This document shows positions 47,517-60,400 of a DNA stretch of 64,000 bases, in pieces. Numbering within the stretch: the first letter of the stretch is position 1; each line of letters starts with the position of its first letter. The notes below the pieces were generated by a model. The model searched no databases, was not told where the DNA came from, and was given only the letters and a program-made list of their open reading frames with translations. The stretch covers positions 62,001 through 126,000 of the forward strand of contig OZ251252.1 of assembly GCA_965240325.2 (NCBI GenBank). The letters are read 5' to 3'. The stretch comes from Rebecca billardiae RCC1528. Lineage: Eukaryota > Protista > Haptophyta. The position numbers and the translations under genes are program-made.

Positions 47517-49789
47517 GCGCGCCGGCCAGCGCGCGGCGGAGCGCGGCGGAGCGCGGCGGCGGCGGGCTGCGCATAGGCGCGCGATGGCGGGGCGCGCGCG
47601 GTTGGCTGGGCCCCCAGGGCTGCTGGCTGGCTGCGACCGCCGCCGCGCCCGAGCGTGCCGCCGTGGCAGCAGCGGCTGCAGGGCCGCCACAGACACTCGG
47701 GGCGGGGCTGCGGGTGCCGCGCCGCACCCGCCCCCTGCCGGCCGGCCGCGCTGGCCCGGCAGCGGCGTCGGCGCGGGGCTGAGCCGGGAGCGGCGTGATG
47801 CCGCTTCGCACGGCAGTGCGAGTGAGTGCGGCCCGAGCTTGCCCGACGACTGCCGCCGGGCCATGGCGTCGGCTGCTGGCTAGGAGCTGCCGCTGCTGTG
47901 GCGTGACTACGACATTCGCGCGTACGCGCTGCGCCAAGTAGGCGTATGCACTTGCACAGCACCGCCGCCATGGGCATCACTAGCGTGCCATAGGCCCATA
48001 GCCGTAGCCGAGCCATGTCACAGCATTGATGACAGTACAGCATCAGCAGCTGTATTACGACGATTGCTGAATCGAATCGGCGCGGCGCCCAGGCGGCAAT
48101 TGACAATGATGATACCGCCAATAAATAACGCCAATAACGCCGCCAGCAGATTCCGGCTCCGCGAATGATGATGACGCGATGAAAAATGCGCGCAGAATGA
48201 CCGTTTGACACCGCCCGGGCCGGACTGCCGGGGCGGGGCGTGTGGAGCACGCCTCATCAGGCGTTATCCGTTTCTACCAAGCCCCGTGGCGGAAGGCCCT
48301 TCCGCTGCGAGGTCGCTGCGACGCGAGCGGACTCCGGAACGCCTCGTGGCGACCGGAAAGCCCGCCCAAAAAGGCCGGAAAACCCGCCGCGATTTTCCGA
48401 GCTCCGCTCTCCATTTCCGAGAGCTCCGCTCGACGGATTTCCTCGCCTTGAACCGCCGCGTTTATTCGCGCACTTCCGGACGACGCCTCGTCAAACGGAC
48501 GTACAGTACCTGTCCGACTCCGTCTGAGTCGTCAGGCAGGAGGGCGGCGCGCGCCGTGCGGCGGCGGAACGGCGCGGTGTCGCGCCGCCGCGGAGCCCTC
48601 GTGGCTGGCGCGCCTGTCTTCCGGACCTCGTGCCTGCGGCTGTGCTTCCGAGGGCGTCACTGAGCGTCTAGTAACTGCAGAGTGCTCGGTGTCTCATGTG
48701 GCCGGCGGCTCGCGCCGCCCGCCGCGCGCGCGCAGCGCGAGGCGCGCCGCGCCGCGCACGGTGTCCACCCCGAGAGGGAACGGGACGGACGTACTTGTAG
48801 CTCACTCGTGCAGACGCGAGGCGTGCGCCTCGATCGGCATCCCCGCCGCCGCGCACGGATCCGTCGAAGTCCTCTGAGCAGAGGCGCCGACGAGCGTCCT
48901 CGGGCGGTACCCCGGCGCCACGACTTGGTCCGTCCCGGGGCTCCAGCCGTCACCCCGCCATCGCCGCTTGTACTCCCGCCATCGCCGCTTGTACTGCGCG
49001 TGCGGCGCACTCCTCGCCGCCTCGATGTCGACACGCACGCGCCCGGCCGCCTGAGTGACATTTCCAATGCTGGCCGGCGTCGCTCCGGCGGCCGACGCGC
49101 GTCGCGCGACCCGCGCCGGCCAGCAGGCCGTGCGTCGCAGTGGGTAGGGTCAGGATCGCGTAGCCACCGTGCTGCTGAAGTCGAGAGAGCATCTGTCCGG
49201 GATCTCGCGCGTGACGGACGTCGCGGGCGAGCGCTTGAGCGGGTGTAGCACCAGCGCGTGCATCTCGCGCGCGAGCTCCGCCGGAACTTGACGGGCGAGT
49301 CGCGCGCGTCGGCCGGATTTCAGACCGATTTCAGATTGCTCTGGCTGCCACCGCCGGGCGCCGGCGGCAGGCGACATTCATTTGGCCGGAACGGTCGCCG
49401 TTTCCGAATCGGAATTCATTTCATGTCGGGCCGGGACGCACGCCGAGCACTTCGCCGCCGCCGAGGGCAGAACGGACGGCGCCGATCGCGGCGGCCGAGC
49501 AACTCCGGACGGCGTGCGCGGAGCTCGGCCTCGACGATGACGCCGCGTTCGTCGAGGCCGCGGACAAGGGCACTGCCACGCCGCGGACAAGGAGCTATGC
49601 CGTGCTGCTTTGGTAAGGTGACACCCGACGACTGCGCCACCTGCCTCAGCCTCGACTCGAGCCACCCGGAGCTCGTGGCGCACTACCTCGAGGCGGACTC
49701 GATTGGCGGCGTGTAGCTCAGCGTGCGCAGCCGCGCAGCCGCCTTGGTGGAGGCGGTGGGCGCGCGGCACACGGCGGCGGTGCACGGCG

Positions 49790-52700
49790 TTGACGGCAGT
49801 CGCGCGCGCGCGGAGACGATGGCGGAGGCTGCCTCGGCCGAGTGCGCTCGCGTGCACCGCCGCCGCCGCCGAGCACGCGTGTCAGCTCGATGCCGCGCGC
49901 CGCGGCCGGGCGCGCGGCCGCGGCCGCGGCCGCGTGCGGCGCCGCGCCGTGCCGCGCCGCCGCCTCGCCGGAAGCGGCGGGCGCGCGGCGCGCGGCGGCG
50001 GCGCGCGGCGATGACGGCAGTCGCGCGCGCGCGGAGACGATGGCGGAGGCTGCCTCGGCCGAGTGCGCTCGCGTGCACCGCCGCCGCCGCCGAGCACGCG
50101 TGTCAGCTCGATGCCGCGCGCCGCGGCCGGGCGCGCGGCCGCGGCCGCGGCCGCGTGCGGCGCCGCGCCGTGCCGCGCCGCCGCCTCGCCGGAAGCGGCG
50201 GGCGCGCGGCGCGCGGCGGCGGCGCGCGGCGATGACGGCAGTCGCGCGCGCGTGGAGTCGATGGCGGAGGCTGCCTCGGCCGAGTGCGCTCGCGTGCACC
50301 GCCGCCGCCGCCGAGCACGCGTGTCAGCTCGATGCCGCGCGCCGCGGCCGGGCGCGCGGCCGCGGCAGCGGCCGCGTGCGGCGCCGCGCCGTGCCGCGCC
50401 GCCGCCTCGCCGGAAGCGGCGGGCGCGCGGCGCGCGGCGGCGGCACGCGGCGATGACGGCAGTCGCGCGCGCGTGGAGTCGATGGCGGAGGCTGCCTCGG
50501 CCGAGTGCGCTCGCGTGCACCGCCGCCGCCGCTGAGCACGCGTGTCAGCTCGATGCCGCGCGCCGCGGCCGACCGCGCGCGGCCGCGACCGCGGCCGCGT
50601 GCGGCCAACGCGGCCGCGCGGCCGCGCCGCGCCGCGCCGCCTCCTCGCCGGAGGCGGCGGGCGCGCGGCACGCGGCGGCGGCACGCGGCGATGACGGCAG
50701 TCGCGCGCGCGCGGAGACGATGGCGGAGGCTGCCTCGGCCGAGTGCGCTCGCGTGCACCGCCGCCGCCGCCGAGCACGCGTGTCAGCTCGATGCCGCGCG
50801 CCGCGGCCGGGCGCGCGGCCGCGGCAGCGGCCGCGTGCGGCGCCGCGCCGTGCCGCGCCGCCGCCTCGCCGGGGGCGGCGGGCGCGCGGCGCGCGGCGGC
50901 GGCACCCCGCGATGACGGCAGTCGCGCGCGCGCGGAGTCAATGGCGGAGGCTGCCTCGGCCGAGTGCGCTCGCTTGCACCGCCGCCGCCGCCGAGCACGC
51001 GTGTCAGCTCGATGCCGCGCGCCGCGGCTGGGCGCGCGGCCGCGGCCGCGGCCGCGTGCGGCGCCGCGCCGCGCCGCGCCGCCGCCTCGCCGGGGGCGGC
51101 GGGCGCGCGGCGCGCGGCGGCGGCACGCGGCGATGACGGCAGTCGCGCGCGCGTGGAGTCGATGGCGGAGGCTGCCTCGGCCGAGTGCGCTCGCGTGCAC
51201 CGCCGCCGCCGCCGAGCACGCGTGTCAGCTCGATGCCGCGCGCCGCGGCCGGGCGCGCGGCCGCGGCCGCGGCCGCGTGCGGCGCCGCGCCGCGCCGCGC
51301 CGCCGCCTCGCCGGGGGCGGCGGGCGCGCGGCGCGCGGCGGCGGCACGCGGCGATGACGGCAGTCGCGCGCGCGTGGAGTCGATGGTGGAGACTGCATCG
51401 GCCGAGTGCGCTCGCGTGCACCGCCGCCGCCGCCGAGCACGCGTGTCAGCTCGATGCCGCGCGCCGCGGCCGGGCGCGCGGCCGCGGCAGCGGCCGCGTG
51501 CGGCGCCGCGCCGTGCCGCGCCGCCGCCTCGCCGGGGGCGGCGGGCGCGCGGCGCGCGGCGGCGGCACCCCGCGATGACGGCAGTCGCGCGCGCGCGGAG
51601 TCAATGGCGGAGGCTGCCTCGGCCGAGTGCGCTCGCTTGCACCGCCGCCGCCGCCGAGCACGCGTGTCAGCTCGATGTCGCGCGCCGCGGTTGGGCGCGC
51701 GGACGCGGCCGCGTGCGGCGCGCCGCCGCCTCGCCGGGGGCGGCGGGCGCGCGGCGCGCGGCGGCGGCACGCGGCGATGACGGCAGTCGCGCGCGCGTGG
51801 AGTCGATGGTGGAGACTGCATCGGCCGAGTGCGCTCGCTTGCACCGCCGCCGCCGCCGAGCACGCGTGTCAGCTCGATGCCGCGCGCCGCGGCCGGGCGC
51901 GCGGCCGCGGCAGCGGCCGCGTGCGGCGCCGCGCCGTGCCGCGCCGCCGCCTCGCCGGGGGCGGCGGGCGCGCGGCGCGCGGCGGCGGCACCCCGCGATG
52001 ACGGCAGTCGCGCGCGCGCGGAGTCAATGGCGGAGGCTGCCTCGGCCGAGTGCGCTCGCTTGCACCGCCGCCGCCGCCGAGCACGCGTGTCAGCTCGATG
52101 CCGCGCGCCGCGGCCGGGCGCGCGGCCGCGGCCGCGGCCGCGTGCGGCCAACGCGGCCGCGCGGCCGCGCCGCGCCGCGCCGCCTCGCCAGGGGCGGCGG
52201 GCGCGCGGCGCGCGGCGGCGGCACCCGGCGATGACGGCAGTCGCGCGCGCACGGAGTCAATGGCGGAGACTGCATCGGCCGAGTGCGCTCGCGTGCACCG
52301 CCGCCGCCGCCGAGCACGCGTGTCAGCTCGATGCCGCGCGCCGCGGCCGGGCGCGCGGCCGCGGCAGCGGCCGCGTGCGGCGCCGCGCCGCGCCGCGCCG
52401 CTGCCTCGCCGGGGGCGGCGGGCGCGCGGCGCGCGGCGGCGGCACGCGGCGATAACGGCAGTCGCGCGCGCGTGGAGTCGATGGCGGAGGCTGCCTCGGC
52501 CGAGTGCGCTCGCGTGCACCGCCGCCGCCGCCGAGCACGCGTGTCAGCTCGATGTCGCGCGCCGCGGTTGGGCGCGCGGACGCGGCCGCGTGCGGCGCGC
52601 CGCCGCCTCGCCGGGGGCGGCGGGCGCGCGGCGCGCGGCAGCGGCACGCGGCGATGACGGCAGTCGCGCGCGCGTGGAGTCGATGGCGGAGATTGCATCG

Positions 52701-53000
52701 GCCGAGTGCGCTCGCGCGCGCCGCTGCTGTCATCGAGCACGCATGTCAGCTCGATGTCGCGCGCCGCGGTCGAGCGCGCGCTGGCCGCGCGCAGCGAACG
52801 CGACCGCGTGTTTGCGCGCCTCCAGCTTGGCGGAGGCGGCGGGCGCGCGGCGCGCGGCGCGCGGCGGCGGCACGCGGCGGTGATGGCAGTCGTTGGTTGC
52901 CTTGCCCGAGTGCGCTCGCGCGCGCCGCCGTCGAGCACGCGTGTTAGCTCGATGCCGCGGCCATGCGCCCATGCGCGGCCGCCCCCGCGCGCGGCCAACA
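49790..53000 (+). repeat. ~221-bp tandem satellite array, ~15 copies
   Basis: GATGACGGCAGTCGCGCGCGC...GGCCGAGTGCGCTCGC...GAGCACGCGTGTCAGCTCGATG recurs at ~221-bp spacing (variants ~202 and ~233-238 bp) and decays at both edges. Confidence 0.95.
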
Positions 53001-55035
53001 CGGCCGCGCCGCCGCACCGCCGCGCCGCGGCCTCGGCGAAGGCGGCAGGCGCGCGGCGCGGCGCGTGGCGGTGGCGCGTGTCGACTGTGGCAGACTGACG
53101 CGTAGAGACGATGGTGGAGGTGGCCCCGGCTGAGCGTGCTCGCGCGCACCGCTGCCTCTGCCGAGGCGTCGGTGCGCACGCATGCGCAGTCGCGGCCTCG
53201 GCCGCTTGTGCACGCGCGCTCGGCCGCGGCGCACTGCATTGAGCTGACATGCTCGCTCGGCAGCGTTGGCGGTGCATACGAGCTTAGCGTCGACGCCGTG
53301 CCCGCGCGCCCCACTCGTCTAGCGCTCACGCCACCGACATGATGTCTGCTGCGTGGGCGCGGCACATTGGCCGAGGCTAAGGTGGAATCGCGCGGCGCGG
53401 CGCGGCGCGGCGCGGCGCGGTGGCGCTGACACTGCTGAGCACTCGATGGCGGGCGCGGGCGCTCGGATGCGCAGCCCAGCGGCCGCGCCTGATGCCATGC
53501 TCGGCGGCACACAGGCCGAGGCTGTGGAATCGCGCGGCGCGGCGCGGCGCGGCGGCGCCGCTGTAGGTGGCGCCGTATACAATGACGATGATGACGATAT
53601 ATACTTATATAATATATGTCGTCGTCAGCAAACAGCCCGCGCGTCGCGCGGCGGGGCGTCATGAGTTCTTCGATCATTGCGCCCGTGCCGCCGGCGTCTG
53701 TCTGGACCGCCGGGCGGGTCACACGGACCGGAGTGGCTCCCGAGTCGGGCCGAGATGGCACTCGTAGTTGAGTGTATAGTGTCAGTGTGACGCCTGTCGT
53801 CGTACGTCAGTGAGTGACGTGACCGTTGATGAGTCCATCCACGTCGCGATCGATCCGACTGCAAGCTCAGATACTTATAGGTGGCGGATGCCGGCAGCCC
53901 GACGATCAGCGCCTGGCGGGCGGCGAATCAAGTAAGTATCAGCCGCAGACTCTACTGCGCTGTAGTACGCGTATATATATACGACGAGGTGATGACGTCA
54001 CTGACGCCAGGCGGTGTCGCTCGGGCACAGTCTGCAGATGAGACTGCACTGCTGTCTCCGACTCCGACGACCAGTCACAGACAGTCGTCATACTGCCCAC
54101 TCACGGCCACGCCCGCCTGACTGGCCCGGCCCGGCCGAGTGACGCCACTTATATTATCATCAGCAATCATCAGTGCCAGTCACGGGCCAGTCCGGGCTCG
54201 CGGTCTGTTCAGTGTGAGTGTGACGGCGCTCAGGGTTCATCATCGTCAGCATCGTCATCATCACCGGGCCATATCTCACTCATCAGCTTCAGCGCGGCCG
54301 CTGTGGCCCGCCTGTCCGGGCGCCGTGCCAGTCAGCCATCGCAAGTTTGGCTCGGGCCCGGCGGTGGCGGCGCCTGCAGGCGGCTCCGACGGCAGTTAGG
54401 CACTTAGGCCGGCAGCGTGCTCGGCCTGAGTGGCGGCACGCCACTGGTTGACGCGGTCATCACGCCGTGAGTCGGCCGCGCAGGCAGCGGGCGGGGCTGG
54501 CATGGACGTTGCCACTGCCTTGCGGGCTCACGCTGTGCGCGACCGTTCAGTGCCGAAGTGGCACCGCCGCAGGACAGCGCCGGCATACGTGCAGCGCTCG
54601 AAGCCTGTCTGGTCATCACGAGCGCGTGACAGTGCGGCGTGCTGCCACGAACGAGGCATCGGTCTAGACAGATCTCATTCAAGGGCGCGCGCCGGCGCTT
54701 GCCGCCTGTGCATCGACGTCGATCTCTATCCACGCCAGCGCCGTGGTGCAGGCGTCGTGCGTGACTGCACGGCGTTGGTTGTGGCAAAGAGCTGCTCATT
54801 ACAGAGGCTTGTGGCTAGGCGCGACGCCGCTTGAGCAGCCTCATCGCCGCCATTATGAAGCTCGACGATAGATGGCGGCGCCGGGCGCCATCATGACGGC
54901 GGTACTACTACTACTATGGATTCATTTGCTCCGGAACCAGACGGAGCTCTCGTCCGGTCGAAGGACACGGAATTCAAGCTGAACGAACAGCTGTCCGTTG
55001 CACGGAGGCCTTCCGGCCGTGAACGGCCCGGCGAG

Positions 55036-55466
55036 GTCGCCACGACGTCGTGGCGACATCCGGATGTCGCCACGACGTCGCCACGATCTCGTGGCGACAT
55101 TCGGACGTCGCCACGAGATCGTGGCGACGTCGTGGCGACATCGGACAGTGTCGCCACGATCTCGTGGCGACATCCGGATGTCGCCACGACGTCGTGGCGA
55201 CGTCGTGGCGACATCCGGATGTCGCCACGAGATCGTGGCGACGTCGTGGCGACATCGGACAGTGTCGCCACGATCTCGTGGCGACATCCGGATGTCGCCA
55301 CGAGATCGTGGCGATCTCGTGGCGACATCCGGATGTCGCCACGAGATCGTGGCGAAGTCGCCACGATCTCGTGGCGACGGCTGCGAGGTCGCTACGAGGT
55401 CGCCACGAAAGCTTAGACTCCAACACTGATTTCTTTTTATTCTCGCAGCGACCTCGTGGCGACATC
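55036..55466. repeat. Palindromic array of GTCGCCACGA / TCGTGGCGAC half-sites with CATCCGGATG linkers
   Basis: About 25 copies of a 9-10-bp motif in both orientations; 114-bp higher-order repeat (TCGGACAGTG at 55141 and 55255). Confidence 0.9.
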
Positions 55467-57415
55467 ACCCCTTTGCACCCTCCGCCCACGCTACACGCTA
55501 CGAGGCTTGGTAGAGACACAGTATCCAGCCGCAAGTATGCCGCCCGCGGCCGCCCGGCTCGCCGTCGTTGGCGCCGCGCGTCCGCTGCTCTGGTTGGCTT
55601 CGCGCGGCGTGTCGTCTCTCGCTGTCAGCCACCGGCTGGCACTTGGATCGGCTGGGGTCAAGACAGCCGCCCCCGGCGTGCTCTCCCGCCGGTCCGTGCC
55701 AGCTCCGGCCATCTTCCTCGACTTCAAGCGGTCCAAGCGAAACTCAGGAGGTGGAGTTCCGAACTGGCACGCCGACATTAATAACCCGAACAACCCAAAC
55801 TACCGGTTTGGTTTTGCACCCTGCTTCCCTCTCATTCACGAAGACCACCCGACCAAGCACGAGTTGGCCGACGAGCAGTCCCCAGCATCCGAGCGCCCAG
55901 ACAGCGCGGTCGACAACGACGCGCCGACCGGCTCTCAAGACTCCACGCCGAAGTCGTCGACATAGGCGCCGGCCATCGACCTCCCGAGGGGGCAGCGCGT
56001 CCTAAGCAGCTCACACGCATCAGTGCTGAACGATACAACCGGCGGCGCTCTGCCGCACTTCAAGCGTCTGCACGGCTCCGGCCCTCCTGCTCTGTCAGTG
56101 TGACGTGACTGATGAGCAAGTCGACATCGTCGGGCCTGCTCACGTAAGCTGGACGACCACCGAGATCCATGCTCCGTGGATTGAAACGCCGGCAAACGGT
56201 CAATACAGTAGTGTAGTCATCCTGCCAATCAGGCGATGTCTGCTTTACAGTCGCTGTGTGCGCTACGGAGCGGATCAGAGCTCGGCCGCCCTCAGCCTCG
56301 CGGGACCGTCAGAGCGCCGGAGCTCGGCTCAGTTATGTCAAGGAGGATACTAGGGCGTGGCGAGAACGCAGCAACTACAATGCACCGACGAGGTGCCTGC
56401 CACGCTCGATGGGATGGCCACACGCCTCGGTGCCGCTGCCGCCGCCGAAGCGCAGCAGCACGACGGGGCGTAGGGCGATGAATACATAATCGGGCGAGCG
56501 TCAGCCATGCCGCCACTGTGCTCGCCGGGTACTGGCGCCCCTGCCGCGTCCCCACGCCACCGTCAGTCCGCTGGCCAGACACCACGAGGGTGACCTGCCC
56601 GACCAGCATGAGCAGCCGCCACCACCCGGGACGGACCCCTGCCTCGCCAGACGCCCGCGCGCAAGTATCCGCAGGCGGGCTGGCGCGTGATGACGCTGGT
56701 GCCGTACTGCCGGGCCGTGTGCCGGCGTGCTGGGCCCGGCAGCGAGCAGCGGACGACCGGTGGCGCCGCAGGCGCCCGCAGCTAGCGGGGCGCCGCGCGC
56801 GGCAGCGGTGCCGCTCGACCTGACCACTCGCTCGGTGGCCCGGATATCCGGGCCACCGAGCGGGTGGTCAGTCACCGACCGGCTGCCTCCGTGCTCGCGG
56901 CCCGCGTGCTGACGCAGGCGCGGCCCGCGGCCCGCCGCCGCGCCCGCCGCGCCTCCGGCGCGCAATTTCGTCGCAGCATATCATAGCAGCAGGCATGCCT
57001 AGGCTTCAGCGCGCGGCGGCGAGTGTCCAGGCGGTGCGGCCAGAGGCGACTCGCGCGCCGCATCGCACGGCGGAGTGCTGCTCGTATCCTAAGCGCGATC
57101 GGTGCTGATGACGACGCCATCGTCTACTGCTCGGCTGCCAGCAGGTGATCACCGCGCGCGACAACTACACGACTAGCGCGCTATATTCATCGCGCTACGT
57201 AGTCGTACTCGATCGACTCCAAATTGCTGATGCGCTGACGAATAACAGGTGCTGCTGATGAAAAACTGCGCTGCTACATCATCACGGCGGCGCGCGCTCG
57301 ACATATCGTCCGCGACGCGACGTGGCGTCCCTGACTCCCTGGCGACGGGCTGACGTCGTGACTCAGCGTTGTGACTGCTGGCGTGGACTATGGTTCATCA
57401 CTGCTATATATATAT

Positions 57416-60400
57416 CACAGCAACGACTTCTTTTTTAAAGCGGCCGTTAGCGTGTCCAGCGGCCAGATTAATTTTCGAAAAATTACTATGCGCTGCGCGC
57501 GCGCCCCTAGGGGGCGGCGCGCGCGCGCGGCTGGTCCCCCCTGCATGCCCGCACCGTCAGCTGCCTGATTGCCGCTACCCAGCCCCGCTACCGTCGCGCG
57601 CGACATCCGCGCCGTAAATCACCGTCACCGAGCGGTCCGGCGAGCGCGCCGCCATCAATTTGCTCCTGAGTGCCGAAAACTCCTTCTCCGGAAGCCCAGC
57701 CTCCTCGCGCAGGAGCTTGCGCGCCGTCATGCACTCCGCGATCAGGTCGATCGCGTCGGTCTCCGCCCTGCGCTGCCATTCGCGCTGCCGCTTGGCGTAC
57801 TTCTTCAGCCAGAGCCGCCGCACCTTGTCGCCGAACTCCTCTGCCCACGTCGCAAGCGACACGCGGCGCACGAGCTGCGCGACCGTCGAGATGTGCGGCT
57901 CCGCCGTCGACTTCTTCCCCTCGGCGTACTCGCGGACGAATGAGTCGAGTGACTTGCGCGCGTGCACGAGCGGCATCGCACGCTTGGTCACCTGCACGAA
58001 ATGCCCCTGCACCTGCTCGTCCGCGAGCTGCACGAGGCGCCCCCGCCGCCTGAGGCGAGACGCCGTCTGCGCCCGCCTCCGTGACCGCCCAGACGTTGAA
58101 GCGGAGCGGTGGGACGTTGTGCGAGCCCTGGCCGGCGAGGCTGGCGAGGCTGACGTAAGCGCCGGTGCACGCCACGATGGCCTTCTGCTCCTCCGCGTAG
58201 TCGGCCGCCTCGGCGCCGCCGCCAAAACCGCCGCCGGCCGCGCTGCCGCCTGCCGAGGCAGTGCTGCCACCGAGGCCGCGCTGCTGCGCGCCGCCGCCGG
58301 CCGCGCCGCCGCCGGCCGCGCCGCCACCAGCCGCACCACCACCCGCACTGTCAGCCGCGCGGCTGGCCGCGCCACATGCCGCGCCACCGGCCACGCGGAC
58401 GCCAGCACCGGCTGTGCCGCTAGCCACGCCGCTGCCACTGCCGGCCGCGCCGCCCACGCCGCCGCCCGCGCCCGCGCCCGCGCCCACGTTGCCAGCCGCG
58501 CCCCCGGCCGCGCCCCCGGCCGCGCCGCCGGCCGCGCCACCGGCCGCGCGGACGCCAGCGCCAGCGGTGCCGCCAGCCACGCAGCTGCCGCTGCTGCTGC
58601 CACCAGTGCTGCTGCTGCCGCCCGCACCGGCCGCGCCGCCGCCGGCCGCGCCACCGCCGGCCGCGCCGCCGCCGGCCGCGCCGCCGCCGGCCGCGCGATC
58701 GCGAGCGCTGTCAGCCGCGCCGCTGTCCGCGCCGCCGGCCGCACCTCCGGCCGCGCCTCCAGCCGCGCGGACGCCAACGCCAGCTGTGCCGCCAGCCACG
58801 CCACTGCAGCTGCCGCCCGCGCCGCCCGCGCCGCCGCCAGCACCCGCGCCCGCGTTGCCAGCCGCGCCGCCGGCCGCGTCCGGCCGCGTCGCCGGGCGCA
58901 CCGCCGCCTGGCGCGCAGTTGTCGGGCGTGCCGCCGTCGGGCGCGCCGCCACCGGGCCCGCCATCGCCCGCGCTGTCAGCCGCGCCGCCGGCCGCGCCGC
59001 AGGCCGCGCCACCGGCCGCGCGGACGCCAACGCCGGCTGTGTCGCCAGTCACGCCGCTGTCGCTGCAGCTGCCGCCGCTGCTGCCGGCCGCGCCGGCCGC
59101 GCGCGGCCGCGCCGCCGGCCGCGCCGCCGCCGGCAGTGCCGCCGCCGGCCGCGCCACCGCCCGCGCTGTCAGCCGCGCCGCTGGCCGCGCCGCCGGCCGC
59201 GCCACCGGCCGCACGGACGCCAGCGCCGACTGTGCCGCCAGCCACGCCGCTGCCGCTGCCGCTCGCGCCGGCCGCGCCGCCGCCAGTGCCCGCGGACGCG
59301 CCCGCGTTGCCAGCCGCGCCGCCCGCCGCGCCGCCGGCCGCGCCGCCGACCGCGCAACCGGCCGCGCGGACTCCAGCGCCGGCGGCACCGCCAGCTACGC
59401 CGCTACCGCTGCCGCTGCCGCCGCTGCCGCCGGCCGCGCCGCCGGCCGCGTCGCCGGCCGCGCCGCCTGCAGCGCCGCCAGCCGCGCCGCCCTGCCGCGC
59501 TGGCCACGTGCAGCGGCGGCAGCTGGCGGCGCCGGTCGCGGTGGGAGCCGGCCGCTCCGGATCACGTCATTGATCCCGTCGGCGTCCGCACTCCATAGCT
59601 CGGGCATGTCCGAGTCCGGCCGCTCCGAGATGGCGATCGCCTCCGACGACGCGAGCGCAACACCCTCATAGTTGCGCACGATGGCGATCGTGGCCGCGCG
59701 CGAGTGCGCTGCGTTTGGCCCGTGTCCGCCGAGAGGAGGAGGACATGCGGCTGCCCGCGCGGGCGCGCGGACTTGCCGTAGTGCTCCAAGCGATCCAGCA
59801 CGGCGCCCACGGCCTGCGCCCACGGCCGCGCCGCCGACTCGCTGCCGATCATCATCACGCCCGCGCCCGCGTGCTCGCGATTGCGCAGCGCGCTCTCACG
59901 TGAGCCAGCCACCGGCGGCGGGATCGGGTGGCGCATGCCCAGGTTGAGCCACGTCGAGAACTCTCGGGCTGGCGCGAGCCCACGATGCTCAGTGTGCGGT
60001 CCTTCTCGCGCGCCTAGTGCACGACGCCCTCGTCGTCGAGCGAGGTGAAGGCATGCAAGACGAGCGCGTCTCACGAGAAGAGCCGCAGCTTGGCTACACG
60101 CAGCAGGTTGTTCTTCTTCCGCTGGGCCTTGATGGCGACGAGGCTGTTGACGCTGCGCTTGACCTCCGCCAGGTAGTTCTCGTTCGGCATGATCGAGTGG
60201 TCCACCTCGCTCGCGGCCTCGCGCGCGCGCAGCTTGAGCATCTCGTGCGGCTGAGCGCCGCGGCCATGCGCAGCCATGCAGATGCGGCAGAGACGTGGCG
60301 CCCGATGCGTTAGGCACCTTTGCGATGCAGCTTGGGCTTCCTAGGCTTCGCGCAGGAACGCTTGCCCTTGCCCACGGTGAGCACAGCCGTCGCCATTGCT

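Noticed and set aside
49683-53277. Arg/Ala-rich ORFs in the 221-bp array
   Set aside because: The period is not consistently a multiple of 3; they are repeat-derived and seen on both strands.
55036-55466. CRISPR-like array
   Set aside because: No unique spacers, motif present in both orientations, no cas genes, eukaryotic context.
57575-60277. Fanzor/TnpB or intact transposase in the CACAG element
   Set aside because: No RuvC, zinc-finger or DDE motifs are recognisable, and the ORF is disrupted.
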